A stretch of DNA of 45,107 nucleotides, taken from assembly GCA_030770535.1 (NCBI GenBank), contig JASVEC010000124.1:1-45107 (forward strand), given 5' to 3'. Made by a program: the position numbers and the translations under genes. Numbering within the stretch: position 1 is the first letter of the stretch; the number at the start of each line of letters is the position of its first letter. The notes under the pieces were generated by a model. That model worked only from the letters and a program-made list of their open reading frames with translations, was not told where the DNA came from and ran no database searches. The DNA comes from Batkoa obscura. Lineage: Eukaryota. Below are positions 10,701 to 20,773 of the stretch, piece after piece.

Positions 10701-13311
10701 CATATTTAACCATAACATCCTCCATAGCCTTTACAAGACGACGTTGGATATAACCAGTCTCAGCAGTTTTAACAGCAGTATCAATTAAACCTTCACGGCC
10801 ACCCATAGCATGGAAAAAGAACTCCTGTGGGGTCAAACCACGAATATATGAGTTTTCAACAAAACCACGAGCAAATGGAGTACGATCATTCTTAGTGAAA
10901 TGGGGAAGTGTACGATTACGGAAACCAAATGGAATACGCTTACCTTCAACATTTTGTTGACCAACACAAGCTGCCATTTGGGAAATATTAATAAAACTAC
11001 CTTTAGAACCAGCAACTACCATCTGCTTAATATTATTGAACTCCGGTAAACTTCTTTCAGCAGCTTTACCAGCACCATCACGAGCAGAATTAAGAATGTT
11101 AGTAACTTTTGATTCGAATGTCTCTGGAACAGTAAGACCAGGTAAAGCTTCAAGTTTGCCGTTATTGGCTTCTCTGATTACTTGTTTTACTTCTTTTTTA
11201 GCCTTAGTAATGAAAGAGTTAATAGTTGTCATTGTTGCATGATCAGCAATCATATCGCCAACTCCAATACTGAAACCGTGTTGAAGAAGCCAGTAGTTTA
11301 CAACAGTTTGAGTACCATTAAATAATTTCATACATACTTTTGAACCAAAATCATTCATTACTACATGGATTAAACCACCATTAGAACTACCAATAGTTCT
11401 TTTACATACGATACCAGTTACTAAATCCCCTCCTACAATTTCAACTCTGGTATCACCTAATGAAATATGACTATCTTCATCATCTGGGTGAGCAGAATGG
11501 AAAGAAGTTAAATTAACTCCTTTTGGAATAATTAAACTAAATACTTGTTTTCCAGTCCAAAGTGGAATAGGTTTATGGATACATGGCTGAGGAACACGGC
11601 CATCCCAATCTGGAACATGAAGAAGTAAATTCATCAACAACTCTTTACCTACAAAGCAATCTCTCTTGGTAAACTTACGAATACCGCAAAGTGTATCTTG
11701 TACAATACCCATGACAGGTTTATTAGCTTGAGGAGATACAATTTGTTTTGGTACCATACATAATTCAAGGATTTCAGCTCTTGACTCTTCTGATTGAGGT
11801 ACATGCATATTCATTTCATCACCATCGAAATCAGCATTATATGGGGATGTTACTGATAAATTCAATCTAAAAGTTGAGAATGGTAGGACTTTAATTCTAT
11901 GTCCCATCATACTCATTTTATGTAGCGAAGGCTGACGATTGAAAATAACCACATCGCCATCGTTAATATGACGTTCAACAACGTAACCAATTTGAAGGGA
12001 TACATTACCATTTCGAACATAACGAAGATCAACACGTTCACCAGTATCACGCATAACATATTTAGCACCAGGATGAACGTTTGGACCATTGTTTACTGCT
12101 TTTTGCAAGCGGTTCATATTGAAAGCTGTTACAGTTTCAGGATAAGTAAGATTCCTAGCAATAGAACGAGGAACGCCAACTTGCTCAATCGAAAGATTAG
12201 GATCACCAGTAATAACAGTACGTGCAGAAAAATCAACACGTTTACCCATCAAATTACCACGTAAACGTCCTTCTTTACCTTTAAGTCTAGCACGAATAGA
12301 TTTTATGGGGCGACCAGACTTTTGAATTGCAGCTGGAACACCAGCGATATCGTTATCCATCATTGTAGCAGTATGGTATTGCAAAACGAATTCTAATTCA
12401 TCAGAAATCATATTGTGAGCACCTACCTCACTCCCTTTCAATTGATCATTTGCTTTAATGATATCACCCAATTTATGAGTCAAATCATCTTCACCACGTC
12501 CAGAACCATCAATTGAAATACTAGGACGAACAGGTGGAGGTGGGACTGGAAGAACAGAGATCATATACCATTCTGGTCTAGCAAATTTACACGATAAACC
12601 CATTGTAATCAAATCTACTTCAGAAATCTTTTTGAAAATGTTAATTACTTTACTAGCAGTAATAAGTTCTTTGACATCAGCAGATTCTTCAGAACCTTTT
12701 TCTGCTTTATAATGGGCATAAATTCTAAGAGATTCTTTCCGGTAAATAGGCTGTTTGGACCCACAAGGCATTTGAGCCATACGTCTAGAAGCTAAAGTAT
12801 CTAGATTTTCACTTCCTTCTATATTTTCACCTCCTTCTCTTCTAGATCTTGCGTCTCCACACATAGACTTACCTTTACAAATATCCCAAATCGCCTTAAA
12901 TCTATTTTTAGGATTACGAATTGAAAGAGCTTTTTTAAAGCTAATATTTTCCTCATCAGCCTTGAGACGACCACATTTAATACAGACGCATTCTAAGACT
13001 TTCTTTACTTTAGTAATAAAACCTGGATGAAAAACTGGTCTTAAAAATTCAATGTGACCAAAATGCCCTGGACATTCTTTCATACTTTCACCGCAACTTA
13101 AGCATTTAAAATTACGATCAATGGTACCCATACGAGGATCTGAAAGACCTCCTTGCCTTGGCGCATGACCAGACTCGTCCATAACATACGGATGGACAAC
13201 TTGCACCACTGACATTGCTTTGATCTCCTCAGGAGAAAGGATACCAAATTGGACACCCTTTACCCGTCGAACAGGAGCAGGGGAAGGAGTAAAACCAAAT
13301 TTGTTATTCAT
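7735..13311 (-). CDS. RPB1: DNA-directed RNA polymerase II largest subunit, single exon
   Basis: Zn-binding CLSC...CPGHFGH, RGNLMGKRVDFSARTVI, catalytic YNADFDGDEMN, bridge helix DTAVKTAETGYIQRRLVK, and YSPTSPS-type heptads at the C-terminus. Confidence 0.99.
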   Translation of the reverse strand: MNNKFGFTPSPAPVRRVKGVQFGILSPEEIKAMSVVQVVHPYVMDESGHAPRQGGLSDPRMGTIDRNFKCLSCGESMKECPGHFGHIEFLRPVFHPGFITKVKKVLECVCIKCGRLKADEENISFKKALSIRNPKNRFKAIWDICKGKSMCGDARSRREGGENIEGSENLDTLASRRMAQMPCGSKQPIYRKESLRIYAHYKAEKGSEESADVKELITASKVINIFKKISEVDLITMGLSCKFARPEWYMISVLPVPPPPVRPSISIDGSGRGEDDLTHKLGDIIKANDQLKGSEVGAHNMISDELEFVLQYHTATMMDNDIAGVPAAIQKSGRPIKSIRARLKGKEGRLRGNLMGKRVDFSARTVITGDPNLSIEQVGVPRSIARNLTYPETVTAFNMNRLQKAVNNGPNVHPGAKYVMRDTGERVDLRYVRNGNVSLQIGYVVERHINDGDVVIFNRQPSLHKMSMMGHRIKVLPFSTFRLNLSVTSPYNADFDGDEMNMHVPQSEESRAEILELCMVPKQIVSPQANKPVMGIVQDTLCGIRKFTKRDCFVGKELLMNLLLHVPDWDGRVPQPCIHKPIPLWTGKQVFSLIIPKGVNLTSFHSAHPDDEDSHISLGDTRVEIVGGDLVTGIVCKRTIGSSNGGLIHVVMNDFGSKVCMKLFNGTQTVVNYWLLQHGFSIGVGDMIADHATMTTINSFITKAKKEVKQVIREANNGKLEALPGLTVPETFESKVTNILNSARDGAGKAAERSLPEFNNIKQMVVAGSKGSFINISQMAACVGQQNVEGKRIPFGFRNRTLPHFTKNDRTPFARGFVENSYIRGLTPQEFFFHAMGGREGLIDTAVKTAETGYIQRRLVKAMEDVMVKYDGTVRNALGQVVQFCYGEDGMDAAFIEKQKIETVRMSNAEFNSKYKLDIKNGVISLGKNRNINTQLMGTVMNEPDIQVLLEDEFKQIYDDRKELKTKIFPGGDDNWPMPVNIRRLIRNAQIQFECSPHKPFTLHPVDVIVGVKKLLDSFTVIRGHDHLSDEANKNATYLFKILVRSLLASKKVVGEYHLTPEAFDYVIKEIQRKFYQAQAHPGEMVGTLAAQSIGEPATQMTLNTFHLAGVSNNTTTGVPRLKEIINVATNLKTPSMTISLKEEYSSNFEKAKAAQSQLEHCNLARLAERTEIYFDPELTETNIEADEDWIQELAALSDPYLTGDYTKENLSCWVLRIEFNPQIMLGKALTLEGIADHIHKKYNNQVFAYYPSEVTDQLVIHCRVVTSGGGDSNNVSEMDDDDVDETGISDHTFLRRLESSMLDEITLLGVPDISRVFIQTRNTPYISDDGSFKRREEYFLETSGTNLLEVLSMDVVNMKNTFSNNIVEILEVLGIEAARNSILRELRHVIEGGGSYVNYRHLSLLCDIMTSRGSIMAITRHGINRTESSALMRCSFEETVEILLEAAASGDYDECTGISENILLGQIAPLGTGSFDLLLDETMLNQVVIPNNGVGASEYNGASLYSGSVDYSAQMTPLPGNNQPRFDSFDGSSPITAQFSPMTDSGSFGYSPGSSPGAINSPVYSPRNPNFGNSASSPGYSPTSPSYIPGSPKFSPASPSFNPGSSQNTYRPTSPVYSGAGASQKRPFSPTYNPTSPSYNAGRGDEPDYSPTSPSYTPTSPRGIGQNSAFSPIGGSSFGGSKVGYSPTSPSYTPTSPSLAQGSNAYSPTSPTYSPSSPSYSANPTAQPRAASPLNAPRVASYSPTSPSFAFPAPSYSPQSPSFTPISPAQHQQAPSYSPTSPNYAPTSPFAFNAQASNAFAPSTSGPDMNSRGNKGKYSSEENSEGEADSSGRRGSGKGRNPDEDNSGPNGSKGFYE

Positions 13312-13957
13312 TGCTTTGGTGTTTACTCTTTGATTTGATACCGTATCGTCTGTTTACTACTATACTATACTTTATTTATTATTTGCGTAGTATAGCTTTT
13401 GAACACAAAAGATGACCTAGCCTTTTAGTCCTTGTTCGTTTAAATTATCAAAACAAAACAAAGCTCCCCTAATTGGTTGCTTAAAACTTTGCACCTGCTT
13501 ATTTGCTTATATTCTCATTATAAGCTTATAATTTATAATTTCAATTTCAAAATTAATGTGGGAATGTCTTTTTTCCTCTCAATTGATTATTCACTTTTTA
13601 CGCTTAAATAAAATAAATTATTAGTAGATTAATAACAAAAATACATTGATGTATTAAACCAAATTTGCTGTATAGTTTAACGTAATATCTAAAATGTACT
13701 TTCACAGACTACGCTAGATACAGTTTCACTATCTAACTTATACATGAATTAACATATTTTGATAAAAAGATACTATAATCTCTATAAACAATAGTAAATA
13801 AAGGCTTAAAAAACTCAGAATTAAAATTCGATAATAAAAATATTTTTAAAGTTTCAAAAAAGCACTATATTTTATTATTCAATAATAATTATTCACTTTG
13901 TTATTAAATAATATAATAAAACCCAGGAAGCTCTATAAAATCCAAAGTAGCCTTCTA

Positions 13958-15145
13958 TTAATAATCAATAATTTTCGAAGCAGCTTTTCTTAATCTGTTC
14001 ATAACAGCAGTACCTAAATCTTTATCTAATACACCTTGCATTAGAATATAATCCATGTTTAATTTATCCATTTCTCTCAATTTAGCAAACATATTTTTAG
14101 CAACGTCTTGAACGTCTAATCCAATATACTCATAAAAAATTGAAAGATCGCTAAATTTGCTTTTGACTAATTCAATGTTCGAGATGTTTTCTTTTGTCAA
14201 AATGGCTATTTTGAGTTTATTACCATTGCTACTATTATTACTATTACTAATTTCTTTTAATTCTATCTCTATCTTTTCACTCAATAATTTATTTTCTCTT
14301 GGGTCAAATAAAATAACTTTAGCATCTGGTGAATAATGCTGGTATTTCATACCTGGAGTGGTGGGAGTTTGCTCAATACTATCGCTTTGTTCTTTAGTAA
14401 ATAGTTCTCTCTTATAAACTCTACTATTTTCAAATCCTTTAATAGTTTGAATTTGCTCTAATGTAATAGCACCTGGTCTCAACAAGATAGGTGGCTGACT
14501 TAACCCATCTAAAACTGTGGATTCTAGTCCGAAATCACATGCCCCTGCATCGATGATGTATTCAAGTTTTCCATCTAAATCATCTAATACATGTGAAGCT
14601 AATGTTGGACTAGGTTTACCACTTAAATTTGCTGAAGGCGCTGCTATTGGTACATCTGCCTTTTCTATAATTGCTCTAGCAACCGGATGACTTGGGAACC
14701 TTATAGCTACTGTAGATTGCCCAGCAGTTATTGATAAAGGTATTAATTCACTCCTTGGTAATAAAATTGTTAGTGGACCTGGCCAATATTTTTTTATCAC
14801 TTCTTCATATACTGATGGAACACCATTAGGCAATATTTTGTTTAACATTTTTAGACTTGAAATATGAACTATTAATGGATTATCGCTCGGTCTACCCTTG
14901 GCTTTATATATTTTGCTAATAGAATCTGTGTCTAAAGCATTAGCACCTAACCCATATACAGTTTCAGTTGGTAATCCTATTAACCCATTACTACTATTTA
15001 AATATTTGCAAGCTTCTAAAAATTCCTTAGGAAATTCTCCACCACAATAACTTGCTTCTCCAATTTCATTGAAATGTATATCTTTTGGATTTATACTTAT
15101 AAGTTTGGTGTTGAACATTCTTTTAAAAACTCTATTAAAAAACAT
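13958..15145 (-). CDS. SUA5: Threonylcarbamoyl-AMP synthase (t6A biosynthesis)
   Basis: YrdC motifs PTETVYGLGANA, KGRPSDNPLIVH, APSANLSG and GLESTVLD, plus Sua5 C-terminal PGMKYQHYSP and AVMNRLRKAA. Confidence 0.97.
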   Translation of the reverse strand: MFFNRVFKRMFNTKLISINPKDIHFNEIGEASYCGGEFPKEFLEACKYLNSSNGLIGLPTETVYGLGANALDTDSISKIYKAKGRPSDNPLIVHISSLKMLNKILPNGVPSVYEEVIKKYWPGPLTILLPRSELIPLSITAGQSTVAIRFPSHPVARAIIEKADVPIAAPSANLSGKPSPTLASHVLDDLDGKLEYIIDAGACDFGLESTVLDGLSQPPILLRPGAITLEQIQTIKGFENSRVYKRELFTKEQSDSIEQTPTTPGMKYQHYSPDAKVILFDPRENKLLSEKIEIELKEISNSNNSSNGNKLKIAILTKENISNIELVKSKFSDLSIFYEYIGLDVQDVAKNMFAKLREMDKLNMDYILMQGVLDKDLGTAVMNRLRKAASKIIDY

Positions 15146-15385
15146 TATGAACTATTTTTATTCCAAAACTTAAAATGCAATTTTCGAAGATTGCTTAATC
15201 AATTTTAGTTTAATTTGTAATAAATCATTTTTTGCACAACTTATCAGATATAGTGTATAATTATAATTTTATAATTTATATTCAGATAAATAATATAGTA
15301 AAAACAAGTTATCAAATTTTTGATTTTTGAATTATGATTTTATTATTAGAGTATGTGAAATATCAAAGTAATAATTTTAAGTCTC

Positions 15386-16258
15386 TTAAAGATCTAAACC
15401 TAGACCAAGACCAAGGCCTAAACCGATACCCCCATTAGAATTGGATGCACCAACACCAGTAGCACCGTTAGAGCTTGCGCCTATCCCAGTGGCCCCAGAA
15501 CTATAGTCGTTATTATAATTATTATTATAGTCATTATTATAATTATTATTATAGTCACCATTATAATTATTATTATAGTCACCATTATAATTATTATTAT
15601 AGTCATTATTATAATTATTATTATAGTCATTATTGTAATTATTATTATAGCCATTATTGTAATTATTATTATAATTGTTATTGTTATTATGTCCATAATC
15701 GTAATTACTATTATAATTGTTAGATCCTAATTCATAATTTGACCCATATCCTTTATTATAATTATTGGAATATCCATTGTTATAGTTGTTAGAGTATCCA
15801 GCATTGTAATTATTACCAGAATATCCGTTATTGTAATTATTACTAGAATACCCAGTGTTGTAGCTGTTACCAGAGTATCCATTGTTGTAGTTATTACCAG
15901 AGTATCCATTGTTGTAGTTATTACCAGAGTACCCATTGTTGTAGTTATTGCCAGAATACCCAGTACTATAATTATAATTACCATTATTATTATTAGAATA
16001 GTCATTATTATACCCAGTTCCATAACTGTTATTATTGTTATTGTTGTTATAGCTAGTATTGTAACTATCCCCATAGGCGTTATTATTGCTATTCGAGTAA
16101 TCATTTATTTTACCAGTATTGTAAGCATTAGAATAATCAGTAGTTTCATAAGAAGGAGTAGTTACAGCATAGTCATCATTAGGAATAGGAGTGGGAATGG
16201 AAATAACAGAAGGGATTAAAGAAGACATTATGATACTAATTACAGTAGTAGATTTCAT
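15386..16258 (-). CDS. Secreted Asn/Tyr/Gly-rich repetitive protein (copy 1)
   Basis: Signal-peptide-like N-terminus; tandem GYSGNNYNN and DYNNNYNN repeats; C-terminal GLGLGLGLGLDL. Confidence 0.8.
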   Translation of the reverse strand: MKSTTVISIIMSSLIPSVISIPTPIPNDDYAVTTPSYETTDYSNAYNTGKINDYSNSNNNAYGDSYNTSYNNNNNNNSYGTGYNNDYSNNNNGNYNYSTGYSGNNYNNGYSGNNYNNGYSGNNYNNGYSGNSYNTGYSSNNYNNGYSGNNYNAGYSNNYNNGYSNNYNKGYGSNYELGSNNYNSNYDYGHNNNNNYNNNYNNGYNNNYNNDYNNNYNNDYNNNYNGDYNNNYNGDYNNNYNNDYNNNYNNDYSSGATGIGASSNGATGVGASNSNGGIGLGLGLGLGLDL

Positions 16259-16824
16259 TTTTAATTGTTGAATTTAATATTTTGGTTGTATTTAATTTAT
16301 TTTTAACTTAATCACTTAATTTATATTTTATTCCATTTTTACACTCCACTTGGAAAAATGAGTTTGTTTTTTCAATCTCGAGCTAAATTAGTAAAAAAAC
16401 CGTTATAAAATTAGCTTATTTTCAGCTACATATTCTCCAATATCAGTAATGAAATAGCATTTCGATTTTAGTTTTATTGCTATTATTATAATGTATTTTA
16501 TTTTTATTTGTGTATATTAAAGTTTAGTCCATCTTTGGCTCTTTTTTTGGAAACTAACAGCACTAGTTTTTAAATTTACCCCATTTAATTAATTATTTAA
16601 TTGAAAAAATAATCAAAAAGGAATACAAACATAAAAGTATGATTTATAGTAGTGTACAAGCTATGAAATATTTATAAATTTAATATGAACGTGTTTTATT
16701 TGAATAATATTGTGAATATGACTAATGATGTTTTATGTTTTAAGCCTTTATGGTTAATATTTCACTATACGAAAAAACCGTATATTAAAAGTACTTTTAT
16801 TTTAATTTTAACAAAAATAGTATT

Positions 16825-16924
16825 AGGGGATGTATTTTTGTATTTAAGAATTTTACTAGCAATTTTTCCGCTTAAATAGCGCTTAAAAATGAAAAAAATA
16901 ATGAAGTCAAAAAAAACACTCCCA
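16825..16924 (+). mobile_element. MITE copy (near-consensus)
   Basis: AGGGGATGTATTTTTG...TTTTCCGCTTAAATAGCGCTTAAAAATG...AAAAAAAACACTCCCA. Confidence 0.8.
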
Positions 16925-17010
16925 TTAGTTGTTAGAGAATCGAATAGAATTGATTTTCAATACCAAATTTATATGAAATTGAGAAAAATAAAATTGAAAG
17001 TAATTATTAT

Positions 17011-17083
17011 TGGAGAACCCGGGCATCGATCCCGGTGCCTCTCGCATGCTAAGCGAGCGCTCTACCATCTGAGCTAGTTCCCC
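17011..17083 (-). tRNA. tRNA-Ala (AGC)
   Basis: 73 nt GGGGAAC...GTTCTCCA with G3:U70 alanine identity pair, anticodon loop TT-AGC-AT and eukaryotic Ala-type T-loop ATCGATG. Confidence 0.97.
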
Positions 17084-17315
17084 AATCTATGCAACTTGAA
17101 ATATATTTTAGGAAAAAATATTTAAATAACTCACAATTTTTTGACTTTAAGATAAAGCTTTAGCATTTACTGTTGAAATAAAACGAAGGTTTATAAAAGT
17201 CTGTTAAAAAAATGAGATATTAAAATTTCTTATTTACAAATATATATGGCTGCATTGAAAGCAGAGCATAAAGATTTATCGGTAAATGAGAATTTTAATT
17301 TTACTACAGTCTTGA

Positions 17316-17414
17316 TAATGATGTTTTTTTGGCTTCATTACTTTTTACATTTTTTAAGTGCTATTGAGGGGAAAAATTGTTGGTAAAATTCTTAAATACG
17401 AAAATACATCCCTA
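17316..17414 (-). mobile_element. MITE copy
   Basis: GATGTTTTTTTGGCTTCATTA...AAGTGCTATTGAGGGGAAAAATTGTTGGTAAAATTCTTAAATACGAAAATACATCCCTA. Confidence 0.75.
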
Positions 17415-17891
17415 ATAGTAATTAATTTAAAGAACGGATCTATGATTAATGTTTAATTTAGATAGTTTCTAATATAAAATTATATATTTTGGATCCTTAT
17501 TTGAGAGCATACTTAAATAAACTGTACTTATAAAAAAAATTTAATCTTAATTTTTAACAATTTGAAATAGTAGGTTTGCTGTATGATATCATCTAATATA
17601 ACAAAAACTGTACTATCTAATATTATTTTAAATTATAATTTATTTCGATCAAGTTTCAACTTACAAAAAAATAAAATTAGAGTGCTATTAAATGTGCTGT
17701 TATTAAAAGTCGTCCACTTTAATTTTATATACCATTTGAAGTAAATTCAGTTTCTATATCTTATTTTTTATATTAATAATGTTAAATGTCTTAATGAATC
17801 TATTTAATATCAATTGCTGTTTGTAATATAGTTAGCATTACAAGTTGACAAAATAAATTTCTAAATTTGGACTTAACATTGTAAATAATAT

Positions 17892-17910
17892 CGAAATTTC
17901 TAGATAGTTA
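17892..17910 (+). promoter_or_regulatory. Heat-shock-element-like site upstream of HSP20 copy 1
   Basis: cGAAatTTCtaGAtagTTa (alternating nGAAn/nTTCn units), ~70 bp upstream of a TATAAA box at 17971. Confidence 0.55.
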
Positions 17911-18045
17911 CTTAAAAATTTAGGTGAATATACTAAAACCTAGAAAAGTTAATAATAGTTTAAAAAAAGGTATAAAGCCAGAGGATAAAGATAATATTTA
18001 AATTAAATTAGATATCAAATTGAACACTAAATCAGATACTAAAAA

Positions 18046-18663
18046 ATGTTTACAACTTTAAATAACAATCCATTTGCTTATTATCCTAAAGAATTACATC
18101 CTTTTGTATTTACTCCAGATCATTACATCCCCTTTAATCATAAAAAGAATACAACGTCAACTACTCAAGAAAATAACACTGAAAAACAATTCACAAATGA
18201 TAATAACAAAATTCCACTCACTGATGCTGCTAAATCTCAAGAGGATAAATATCCATACGTTGATATGACAGAATATTCCAATTATTATACTATAGAAGCT
18301 GAATTACCTGGATTTAGAAAAGAAGACGTTGAAATTTCATTTGATAATGTCGACAATATAATTACTTTAAAGGGGGAATATACTTATCGACCAAAGAAGC
18401 ATGAAAATATCGTTATAGTGGAAGAAGCAAATGAAACAAATGAGGATGACAATGCTTCTGTGAGTACATCAAGTGTTAATGATGATGGAAAGCATTTACT
18501 TATAGAAAGAAAGCTAAAGAAGAGCTTTAAGAGGAGTTTTAAAGTTAAACACGATATTTTAGCTGAAGAAATCCAAGCGGATCTAACTGATGGGGTGTTG
18601 AATTTAATAATTCCAAAGCGTTTTAAGAAAGAAAATAAGAAAATAAGAATACCCATTCAATAA
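18046..18663 (+). CDS. Small heat-shock protein (HSP20/alpha-crystallin domain), copy 1
   Basis: PYVDMTE...IEAELPGFRKEDVEI...ERKLKKSFKRSF...IQADLTDGVLNLIIPK, and C-terminal IxI motif IRIPIQ. Confidence 0.93.
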   Translation: MFTTLNNNPFAYYPKELHPFVFTPDHYIPFNHKKNTTSTTQENNTEKQFTNDNNKIPLTDAAKSQEDKYPYVDMTEYSNYYTIEAELPGFRKEDVEISFDNVDNIITLKGEYTYRPKKHENIVIVEEANETNEDDNASVSTSSVNDDGKHLLIERKLKKSFKRSFKVKHDILAEEIQADLTDGVLNLIIPKRFKKENKKIRIPIQ

Positions 18664-18757
18664 GTTTTGTATAATTATTCTCTCTAATATAAATCATTAT
18701 TATTTTAAATAAAAATAATTCATTCAATATTTTGAACACTTTAAAGGAAAATCTAAA

Positions 18758-18843
18758 TTGTGATGTTTGACTTCATTTTTCCATCTTTTAAGCGTTATTT
18801 GAGCAGAAAATTGTAAAATCCTAAACACAAAAATACATCCCTA
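18758..18843 (-). mobile_element. MITE copy (internally deleted)
   Basis: TTGACTTCATTTTTCCATCTTTTAAGCGTTATTTGAGCAGAAAA...AAACACAAAAATACATCCCTA. Confidence 0.7.
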
Positions 18844-19168
18844 AATGTAATTATCATGGCTCTATAGTAAGCTAACTAATAAAAAGGCAAAAAACTTAAA
18901 TTTAGTAATTCTGATTTGTTATAACTTAATAAAGCTCTTTTTTTGCGCTAGGACTGAGATAAAAATTAGTTAAGAATAGTTGAAGCCCCAGAGTTTGATG
19001 ATTTTTGTGTGAGCTAATCATTACTAGAACAAAGTTATAGTTAAAATAAAACTAATTTCAACTTTGATCAAAATTAATGTAATTATTAAGTTTATGCTAC
19101 AAAGTCTTATCAAACAAAACGTATCTTCAATAAATAAAATAATTTATAGATTTTTATAATATATAATT

Positions 19169-19206
19169 TGTGGATGTATTTTTTTGTTTAAGAATTTTGC
19201 TAGTAA
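19169..19206 (+). mobile_element. Truncated MITE end
   Basis: TGTGGATGTATTTTTTTGTTTAAGAATTTTGCTAGTAA matches the first ~38 bp of the consensus. Confidence 0.6.
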
Positions 19207-19431
19207 AAAAAGACATCTTTGTTTAATTATTTTAATTAAATAACAATTTTTTTTTTTTAAAATTAATATAGTAAACGATATTTTTAAATAAAAAAATCAT
19301 ACTTTAACTTTTTATTGGAAAATGATATTTAATAATTTATTTATAAAACAGCTATTTTGATTATTATAAAAACACTTGTTTAGGGTTTACTATATTTATA
19401 TAAAATGTTTAGCTTATAAGTTAAAACTTTA

Positions 19432-19504
19432 TGGAGAACCCGGGCATCGATCCCGGTGCCTCTCGCATGCTAAGCGAGCGCTCTACCATCTGAGCTAGTT
19501 CCCC
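19432..19504 (-). tRNA. tRNA-Ala (AGC)
   Basis: Identical 73-nt sequence to 17011-17083 but with different flanks. Confidence 0.97.
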
Positions 19505-19782
19505 AATTGTGTTGTTAGACTTTATCAGAAAGTTACTTTTTATAATAAATCTTATAGATTGTAGTAAATGTAGCTGTAGCTGTAGCTAAAATTCTACTGA
19601 ATTGTTCTCTATAGTAGCTTTTAAATACATTTCATTGTTATACATACAAGTTGTTTATTTAGATGATGTTTTGTTTGTTAAAAGTATTTTATGGCAGCTT
19701 TATATTCTATTAAATAAAAGCATAAATATAATAGGAATTAACTTTAAATAATTTTATTGTTGGATACATAATTAAAAATTTC

Positions 19783-20773
19783 CTAAAATTTCCTTCTCTT
19801 CATGCTTGTTTCCTCCATAATAATACTTTCCAGTTGTGACTTTGGTTTATTATCAGTAATAGTAGAACTGCTATTACTATTGGATTGATATTCTTTACTT
19901 TCTTTAATTAAAGAGTTTAAAGATTTAACTTTGATAGTTTCTTTCTTTTTGAATACATTAAATCCGACTTTCTTATCTTCTTTTTTAACAACTAATTTCA
20001 GTTTTATCGGTTCTTCAGTATTTTTGACTTTCAATTCTTGATCTTCCTATTATTAACTATTAATCTTTATTATTTTAATTAAAATATTTTTTACTTTTCT
20101 AATTTCTTGATTCTCTACTTCTTTTTCTTTATCCTCTTCTTTAGCTCGTTCAATTTGTTCTTTTAATAATTTTCTTTGCCTTTCTTCAAATGACATTTCG
20201 CTCCTTTCCTTTTTTAATATAGCTGCTTTTCTAGCTAATGCTTCTGGCGAATTGTCAATCCATGTTATAAACCAGCCCTTTTCTGTATCTTCAACATGAC
20301 AATGACCTTCTCTACCTAAATAAGTAACAAACTCGGTTAAAGTCCCCCATTTGGTGGCATTCATATGTAAATGATTTCTATCCGCAATTAATTCTTGGTA
20401 AACTTTATTAGCATGAACTCTTTTAGTTCCATGAGATCTTGATAATTGCCTTAAATAACCAGCTTTGAATTCTCTTGAAAACTTTTCAAGCATTCTGTTA
20501 GGATTGTCCCTAAATAATAACATTTGTCTTTGATGTGATTCTGAAGCACAATGACACTATAAACTAAAGTTAAATGAAAAACAAACTATCTATTTCAATT
20601 ACCTTAAATCCATTTTCATCTCGACACTGTTTTTCGCACATTTGACAATACCATCTTAATTTTTGAAGGCCTTTAGCCTATTTGAATTAATATTAACATT
20701 AACAATTTTTGATACAATTTACCTTCATTCGATTAGCTATGTCTTTTGGGGTACCGAATTCTGCTTTACCCAT
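19783..20773 (-). CDS. KIN17: KIN17/Rts2 zinc-finger protein, 4 exons (20723-20773, 20603-20677, 20095-20556, 19783-20046), ~283 aa
   Basis: Spliced translation MGKAEFGTPKDIANRMK/AKGLQKLRWYCQMCEKQCRDENGFK/CHCASESHQRQM...HLHMNATKWGTLTEFV; three GT-AG introns of 45, 46 and 48 nt keep the frame. Confidence 0.93.

Larger units (their letters stand above)
15328..17088 (-). repeat. Left arm of 1761-bp inverted segmental duplication (partner 27619-29379)
   Basis: Reverse-complement match with a constant coordinate sum of 44707 at both ends and at the CDS boundaries; the translated ORFs in both arms are identical. Confidence 0.95.
17830..18722 (+). repeat. Direct duplication of HSP20 gene with promoter and 3' UTR (partner 23669-24561)
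   Basis: Offset of 5839 bp; near-identical from ~215 bp upstream of ATG to ~60-70 bp past the stop codon. Confidence 0.93.

Noticed and set aside
7683..12264. Short ORFs overlapping RPB1 in other frames or antisense
   Set aside because: Shadow ORFs caused by codon bias and CTD repeats.
15475..16104. Poly-Ile/Thr and Tyr/His-rich ORFs overlapping the Asn/Tyr gene (also 28603-29232)
   Set aside because: Alternate-frame readings of the AAT/TAT repeats.
16685..17077. 64- and 62-aa ORFs (mirrored at 27630-28022)
   Set aside because: They run through a MITE and the antisense strand of the tRNA; their duplication reflects the inverted repeat, not coding conservation.
19783..20523. Two separate ORFs of 83 and 156 aa
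   Set aside because: They are exons of the single KIN17 gene.
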